Of a DNA stretch of 54,658 bases, positions 47,712 through 54,658 are shown in pieces. This DNA comes from Atractiella rhizophila (lineage: Eukaryota), in the NCBI GenBank assembly GCA_021432655.1, contig MU271409.1:1-54658 (forward strand), in the 5' to 3' direction. Below the pieces are notes generated by a model. The model was not told where the DNA came from and did no database searches. It was given only the letters and a program-made list of their open reading frames with translations. Every line of letters starts with the position of its first letter. Within the stretch, counting starts at the first letter, position 1. The position numbers and the translations under genes are program-made.

Positions 47712-50700
47712 ATGCCTCCTGTGCCATTGCCCAACATTCCGCCAGGCACTCTGCCTCCAGGGACGACGGTACAAGTGGGAGAACACCTGGTCACCATTGA
47801 AAAGTTTCTGTCGGAAGGTGCTGAAGAGTTCCCAGCAACCCTGGCGGTACTGACCAGCTTGTAGGAGGATTCGCACATGTCTACCTCGTCCGATCATCAA
47901 AGCCCATTGGAGGGCTTAGTTTACATGTACTCAAACGAGTTGCTGTGCCAGACAAGGAGAGCCTGAAAGTTGTGAGGAAGGAAGTGGATGTTATGGTTTG
48001 TCTTCTCGTTGTCGTGAGGGCTAGTGGATGGATATGAATGGCTGACTTGAGGTGAGTAGAAGGTGCTGAGGAATCATCCTAAGATTGTCAATTTCATCGA
48101 AGCTACTGCTTCAAATTTACCGCATTCCAATGGATATGAGGTGTTCATCCTGATGGAATTCTGCGCAGGTGTGTTTATCGCTACTCCCAGGCACACCATG
48201 CGAACTCAACCTGCTGATAGGTGGGGGTATTATTGATATGCTGAATACACGCCTTCAGAACCGATTAACGGAGTTTGAGATTCTCAAGATCTTCTCGGAC
48301 ACGGTCGAAGTATGTCCACGTTTCTGTCGTAGCCATTAATTCTGGAAAGCGTTAAGTGTTATTTGCAAGGCTGTCGCACACATGCACTACCAGAACCCAC
48401 CTCTCATTCACCTGGATCTTAAAGTCCGTCCATCCTTGTGCTTCCTTCGAGCTCAGAGCTCACATCAAGCTCGGATGGCAGGTCGAGAACATCCTGCTCG
48501 CCCCAGGGCCACCGCAAACCTTCAAGCTTTGCGACTTCGGTTCTACGCGTCCGCCTCTTCCTCAATCTCCCGCAAGCGTGCCCGAACTCCAAGCACTTGA
48601 AACGGAGATCAATCGGTATGTCCGCTGGCTTGCTAATGGAATCAGGTTGGCTTACAATCTTTGTTACAGGACAACAACTCTACAGTATCGATCTCCTGAG
48701 CTAGTGGATGTTTGGCGAAGGGGCGGAATGGCAGAACCTGTTGGTAAGTTTCCATCGAGTTGTACCACCTACCACTGAATGTGCCGACCGAACAGACATT
48801 TGGGCGCTGGGGGTGTTGCTGTATAAGCTCTGTTACTACACCACCCCCTTTGAGGAACATGGTCCTCTGGCAATTCTGAGTGTACAATACAAGTTCCCGC
48901 CATTTCCAGCCTATTCGAACGAGATGAAGGCCCTTATCAGTGCGTACTTAGAATCAGAAAGCTGGATTATTAGTAACAAGCCTGATTGTAGGCTCAATGC
49001 TTCAAGAACATCCTAGCTCGCGACCGAACGTTTATCAAGTGCATGAGCGCGTCTGTAAGCTACGGGGTATCCCTGTACGGCTGGAGAACGTGAGTTAACT
49101 CTCTTCTGCGACCAGTAATGCTTCAGTCTAAATGTTCTCCAGAAATATAAGAAGTCTTCTGTTGTCCCAAGTCTCCCCGCCTCACGCTCTCCCCCCATCA
49201 CCTCTCCCACGAAACGACCAGTGAACGATCTCTCTTCCATTCTCACCTCGGGCCCAGCATCTATCCCTGACACCTCCGCACTCGTGGATTCCATCCATCC
49301 CATGCGCAGAGGACGTCCACAAGCACAAGCTCCAGGAATGGTACATGCCGCACATATGCCCAATCCTGCTTTTCCTACAGGTCACACCGGTCACACCGGT
49401 CACGACTCAAATCACAACTTCCCAAAGACGGAAACGAGGGCCGTGAGGACAGGGATTTCGTCCATGAATCCTGGGAAGCAACCTTGGGAGATAACAGTGG
49501 AGAAAGCCCCAAATTCAGCAAAGATGCCTTCTACTTCGTTCAACACATCTTCCCCTGCAGGATTCGATGACAGTTTTGGAGCGTCCGTTCCTGCTAAAAA
49601 ACAGTTGACGGGGTTGGACGGATCGAAACCTTTTTCAAACGAAGTGCCAAAGCCAATTTCTTCAACCCATCTCGCTGCTCCTCTGAACTCCAATGGCGGT
49701 CTGGCCCCCTCGGGCACTGGCGGGAAGATCACTGCGTCGCCTTCGCTCACTGGTTGGAGCCTGAAGGAAACGCCTGGTGTAGGGGCCTTCCCTACGAAGT
49801 TCACGTATACTGGCGATAGGAAGTCTCCGGATGAACAGAGGCTTCCTCCTCCCGTCTCCACTGCTAAGAAACCTGGAAGAGACGACGCTGCCGCCGAAAG
49901 TGACTTTATTGCTCGCTTTCCTGCCCTCGATCTGTCCTCCTTCTCTACACCGGCAGAGTCGTCGGTGGCGCCTAAGTCAAGCGGCCTCCCTCCTGGTGCT
50001 GGATACGTTGATTCGAAGAAGGATGTGTTTGAAAAGATCTCAAAAAAACCAACGGTGGATGCACCTCCTGTCAAGGTCGCAACGAGTGCTTATACCCCGA
50101 CGTTTCAGAGTATGGCAGAGAAGCCGAAGTTGCCTGTTACTTCTGCTGCCTGCTGGTTTGAAGGAAGAAGTGGGGGCCCCCTCTGCCCAGGAGACCTCCG
50201 GTGAATGCCGAAGCATCTAAACCTGAAGTTCGTCCAAAATTGATAAATAAATCTTCGCAGACTTCTCCCCATCTACTCGCTTCCCTCCTGCCCCAAGCCA
50301 TCGAGGCCTCTCAAGCTTCGACATCAAATGCTACGAGTCGATCAAATCCCTCGAATGTCTCAGCGACTGGCCCAATGAAAGTCAACAAGCCAGCTGGGGC
50401 GGTGCAAGCATCATCGAGAGCAGACTGGAGGCACGACACAACGAAGGCAAACGACCGTCCACCTCCTGTGAAGCAAGCTACGAAACCACTGTCCAAGGTT
50501 GCAAAGCAGACAGCAGCATTCGACTTGCTAACCGATGGCGACGAAGGTCCAAGATCTTTCTCGTTGACTCCTACTCTCACTGCTTCCGGGTCTTCCGTTC
50601 CTCCATCCACATTTTCGAATGACAATGCTAACAAGAGGAAATCTATGCCTCCAATGGCTTTCAGTGCCGGACCGTCGAGGGAGCAGTTTCGGCCAGCGAA

Positions 50701-51769
50701 AGCGGTTTCAGCTAAGCAGGAAACAAAGCCCTCCGATCAGCGAACAATCCGACCCAGGGGCCATACAAATTTGATGGATCAGATAAACGGAGCGAAGGAG
50801 GAGTGGGACAAGGCGCAAGAAGTCGAACAGGCTGATTCTAGTGAAGGTGAAATGTATGTCACCCGCAAGACGTTGCAGCGTTCGCCACGGCCGTCATCTG
50901 CGTCCACGTCGATTCAAGGGCCTTCTACAAACACAACGTTCAGCGAGTCTGGCAGTGAAGGTGGCCGTATTGATATTGGACCTGCGCTCGCTTCCATTGC
51001 AAAGTTCGCTCCAGCAGCGAATTCCAAGCCGCCGCCAGTCGAACGAGCTGATTCTTCTCCCGACAATACCGGCCCTGAAGATGCTTCGAGTAACAACAAG
51101 CGTTGGTCTAAGAGCGCCACCATCCTGGCCCCTGCGTCCGATAGAGCGGTCCCAATCACAGCACCCAAGCCACTATCTCTCAAGTCATCAGCCGCTATTT
51201 CTAACCTCGTTTCTCAATACGACCACCTTTCAAGCCCTCCTACCTCTCCTACTTCCTCTACTGGGGCTTCTGTCACTCGTCGATTACCCAATCAACCCTC
51301 CAAGCCAGATAAACCCAAGAAGCTAAGAGGCAACTCCCTTCTTGTGTCTGATAGCTCCTCCCCCAAGTCCTCCCATCAGGAATTGGACGACTTTTCTGAT
51401 CGGTTTCCTGAGCTCGAGGAGCCGAAAGCCACACAGACGATTGGGAAGAAGTTTAGCTCACCGACTCAGCATCAGGCATTGACAGGGTCATCACTCCCAG
51501 CCACGAAGTCATCAACCTCTTCCTCCGTCGATCGACAACCATTCAAACCGACCAAAGTCACCAGTCCGCCTCGCAATGTTAACTCTTTTGGGTCTCCTAA
51601 ATTGCCAGGTTCCCCTGCGGTGCGGGATGGTCAAGATGGGGAAGAGAAGTTCCAAGGGGTCTCAAAGATGGTCTCACGCTGGCAAAACGCAACGACGACG
51701 CAGAAGCCTACCCTGACTGGCGCAAGTGACGCTAGAAGTCGAGTGAGACAAGAGTGGGGTGAAATTTAG
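47712..51769 (+). CDS. NAK family (Ark1/Prk1/Akl1-like) kinase, multi-exon, with an apparent frameshift near 50175
   Basis: [64 protein letters not shown] and [21 protein letters not shown], followed by a long Pro/Ser-rich tail. Confidence 0.9.
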
Positions 51770-51995
51770 AGTGATGGACATGTTATTTCATAGGAATCAG
51801 TGGAAAACTTGGAAGATGTAGTTCTGATGACATCAATCTTGTCCTCTGGAGTGCATAGTATTACAAAGTCCGTTTTGTGGGACCTTTTGATGATTACAAC
51901 ATGGAGACCGTGAAATAGGGTATGTACCCAAAGGCGAGTTGGCACAAATGCCCAAGAAATGGAATGGACCCGACACTTCGAAATAAAAATATTGA

Positions 51996-54658
51996 TCAAA
52001 CAGTCTCTCTCAGTCGGTAGAATATGACGACGTCAGACCCTTGTCTGAATATAAACTGTTTCACAGATCCCAAAGTCATGTGCGCGGAAAGGATTTCTCC
52101 TGCGCAAGTAAGCTCAATCAACTCTTCTGGAGGAACCAGGTCGTCCTTGCTCTTCGAGGCGGTAGATTGCATTGAGGCGTCGCTGGCGCTTTTGACGAGC
52201 TCATGTGTCTCCGCTCCGTTGACAGAAAGACTGCTTTGTCTGCTTCGCCGAGTTACAGCCAGGTTCAGCTTTTCCGCAACATAGGCAGCGATCTTCTTGA
52301 CTCTGAGAATCTTGTTTGCTGTCAGCCTCGTGTTACTATGTTTGGGGTCAGTAACGTCAATTTGAAACGGATTCCTCACCCGTTAGGAAGGGCAGGAAGG
52401 GCACGATCTGCAGACGTTTCCAGAGGGTTGAGGACGAAGGACACCTTTGCGGGGTCTTTGACATTGTGGCGGCCTCCTAGCAAAGCTTCAAGCAGCCATT
52501 GGGGAGATATCATTTCTAAAACTGCAGCATCCCGTTTAGTAGACGATGTCAAGCCTCTATAGACCACGACCCAGGCGCCTGATTCCGATGTTTCTTCCTC
52601 GATCGAGATGGACATGTCTTGCTCGTAGATTATGGGAGGAACCTCTGCCAGTGATAAGGGGGCGAAAGGTTTCGAAAGGACGAGGTTTAGCATTTGCATT
52701 TGCTGACGTTCTGATTCAGAGAGGTGGGCGTATATATCTGGCGTTTGTACAATTTCTAAATCGTTGTTCTCGGGCATGACCACGTTCGACGTTTCGGACT
52801 GACTCTCGCTTGCCTGTTGCTTCTTTCGACCACCAAAACTCTTCAACCGACCCATGAAAGAGAGATTTGCGGGTTGAGATGGTAGATTGGCGGCAGGGGT
52901 CTTTGGAGAAGTGGAACTGGAAACCTCTGTGAGAGCCGATTTGGGCGGTGTGGGCGAGTTTGGAGGTTCAGGACCAAGCGGGAGAGAAGGCATTTTGGCG
53001 GTAGTTGGCGAAGCGACTGGATAAGAGAAGTAATCACGAGATGAGCTGTCTTTCGAATGGGGGGTCTGATCGTCATTGGATTCATTCTGCCCTTGATTCT
53101 GAGATGGCGACTGGGCTATAGGAGGGAGGGTGAGGCCTCGAAGGTTCATGGTAGGCGGCTTCGGGGACAGTGTTTGAGATTTGATAGGTGAAGAAAGTAA
53201 CCGAGAGTCAGGCGGAAGAGCAGGTGTGGGAGCTGGGGTGGCAAGGCCTATCGTCATTCCTGGCGTGGTCGCACTCCACCCTTTCGAGTTGCTGTTGAGG
53301 TTATGAAGCGAGATGTGTCTTGGTCGTGGTTTGCCATTGGGTAAGTCACTGACAGGAAGACCTGAAGGTGCGTCGAGTCTCTCTTCGGCAGACTCCACAT
53401 TCTTGAGCTCGAACTCTTGTTCTATGAAACCACGGAAGAGATTACGAAGAATCCACTTGCCCATGATCAGCCTTTGATCGTCTTTGAAGCTTGTAAGGAT
53501 GGAAGGATCAAGGCCACATTCGTCAGCGTAGACCTCAGCATCAAAGCACCGACTCTCTTCCAGATGGACCGACAATCGCCCCGTACGACAATCTACCGTG
53601 CAAAACGTAGTCGTCGTCCCTTCGCCTTCTATGCGTTCCTTCACAAACCGCAGCGCCTCTTTCCCCTGCGACGCAAGTTCTGAACCGAAATGGTTACCGC
53701 TGCCACTACTGCTATCCGCCGACCCTCTCCGGGAGCTGGAGACATTCAAGAGTTCTTCAGAGTCATACACTCCAACACATTCCCCATGCGCAATATCCCA
53801 CAGAGCCACTGTGCCCTGAGTATCCACAGAGAGGACATGTCGCCGATCATTCAGCATTTCCACCTTCATAAGTCCATGAGAGCCTTCTATGACGGCATCA
53901 GGTTCAAGTCTCAACGGGATAGCTTCCGCAGCGATTTCGCGGTCTTCAAAGTTCTGTCTCGCGACCAGATGGGCGGCAACGTTTCCATCCAACGCTCCAC
54001 CCACAACAGCAGGTAGCAGCGACGTGGCTATCGACCGTGCCGAGTTGGACGAGTACAGGGTGGCGATGTCCGGGTCTGCTAGCGGTGTGTGGGTGAAAGC
54101 TCCTCCACTGGATCCTATGCCCATGGGATCGAGGTCTGCAGGCGGTGCGAGGGAGACCAAGCTTTCTATGGGGAGTTGGAAGACGTCGGACTCGAAGGAT
54201 ACGGATTGTACTGAGATCGAAGGACGATGTTGTTGCAGGACGGATCTCTGAGGTCCGTTCACCCTTCGTGAAGTGGGAGAAGACTCAGAAGAGGGAACCT
54301 TCGGTATCTTGGCCGTGAGACCAAAAAGCTGTGAGCTGGAAACGGACACATCTCCATCAGCCGCAGAGTTCGATCTCGTCCGGATCGGACTGTCGAGCTG
54401 ATTGGGATCCGAAAGTCTCCTCTTCCCCTCCCTCTCCCTCTTCGCCTGCCTCGCCAATCGAGCTCTATGTTCTCTCGGCTTGATGTCCTTCCACCTCTTG
54501 ATATCGCTCGTCCCCGTCGCCGTCCAAATGTATCGATCGTCCAAAGCGATGATCTTGTTGATGCCCGCTCCATCCAGATCCGATTCGTCCCCATCCTTGA
54601 GAAGCGCTACACACTCTCCTTCTCCGATCTCGGAGGCGCCTTGAAGGTCGACTTTGCA
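51996..54658 (-). CDS. WDR48/UAF1-like deubiquitinase cofactor (WD40 plus C-terminal DUF3337-like region); 5' end lies outside the window
   Basis: IWTATGTSDIKRW, MLNDRRHVLSVD..G.VALWDI, GRLSVHLEESRCFDAEVYADE, GKWILRNLF, RLTANKILRVKKI and MTLGSVKQFIFR. Confidence 0.88.

Noticed and set aside
49377..49405. 9-bp tandem repeat (acaccggtc-type units)
   Set aside because: It only encodes TGH three times in the disordered kinase tail.
1..54658. tRNA, rRNA, CRISPR arrays, transposase or reverse transcriptase ORFs
   Set aside because: None recognised by eye. tRNAscan-SE and cmscan would be needed to exclude intron-containing tRNAs and small RNAs.

Overview
Gene-dense, intron-rich fungal DNA, most likely a basidiomycete: ~50-60 nt GT-AG introns, a Crk1/Ime2 kinase and a Zn2Cys6 factor. 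About 21 genes can be built by joining exons by hand: RFA2/RPA32, a secreted alpha/beta-hydrolase, AP-1 mu (APM1), two GSTs (Ure2p-like and omega-like), TOM7, a single-pass sensor-like protein, a small orphan, GPI11/PIG-F, DOA10/MARCH6, a GliK-like GGCT, VAM7, IME2/Crk1, a shikimate/quinate dehydrogenase head-to-head with a QutG-like inositol monophosphatase, an HSL-family esterase, a Zn2Cys6 transcription factor, a GPI-anchored PEBP, SER3, a small secreted 8-Cys protein, an Ark1/Prk1-type kinase and the 3' part of WDR48. Two tandem near-duplicates (775-6085 and 29133-32286) look like divergent haplotypes joined at scaffold gaps; one copy carries a 521-bp MITE. The best leads are a 502-nt, apparently structured intron in GPI11, the two-gene quinate-like module, a probably catalytically dead GliK homolog and the secreted Cys-rich protein. 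I found no clearly new multi-gene system. All calls come from reading the sequence by eye, with no database searches, and exon boundaries are manual.
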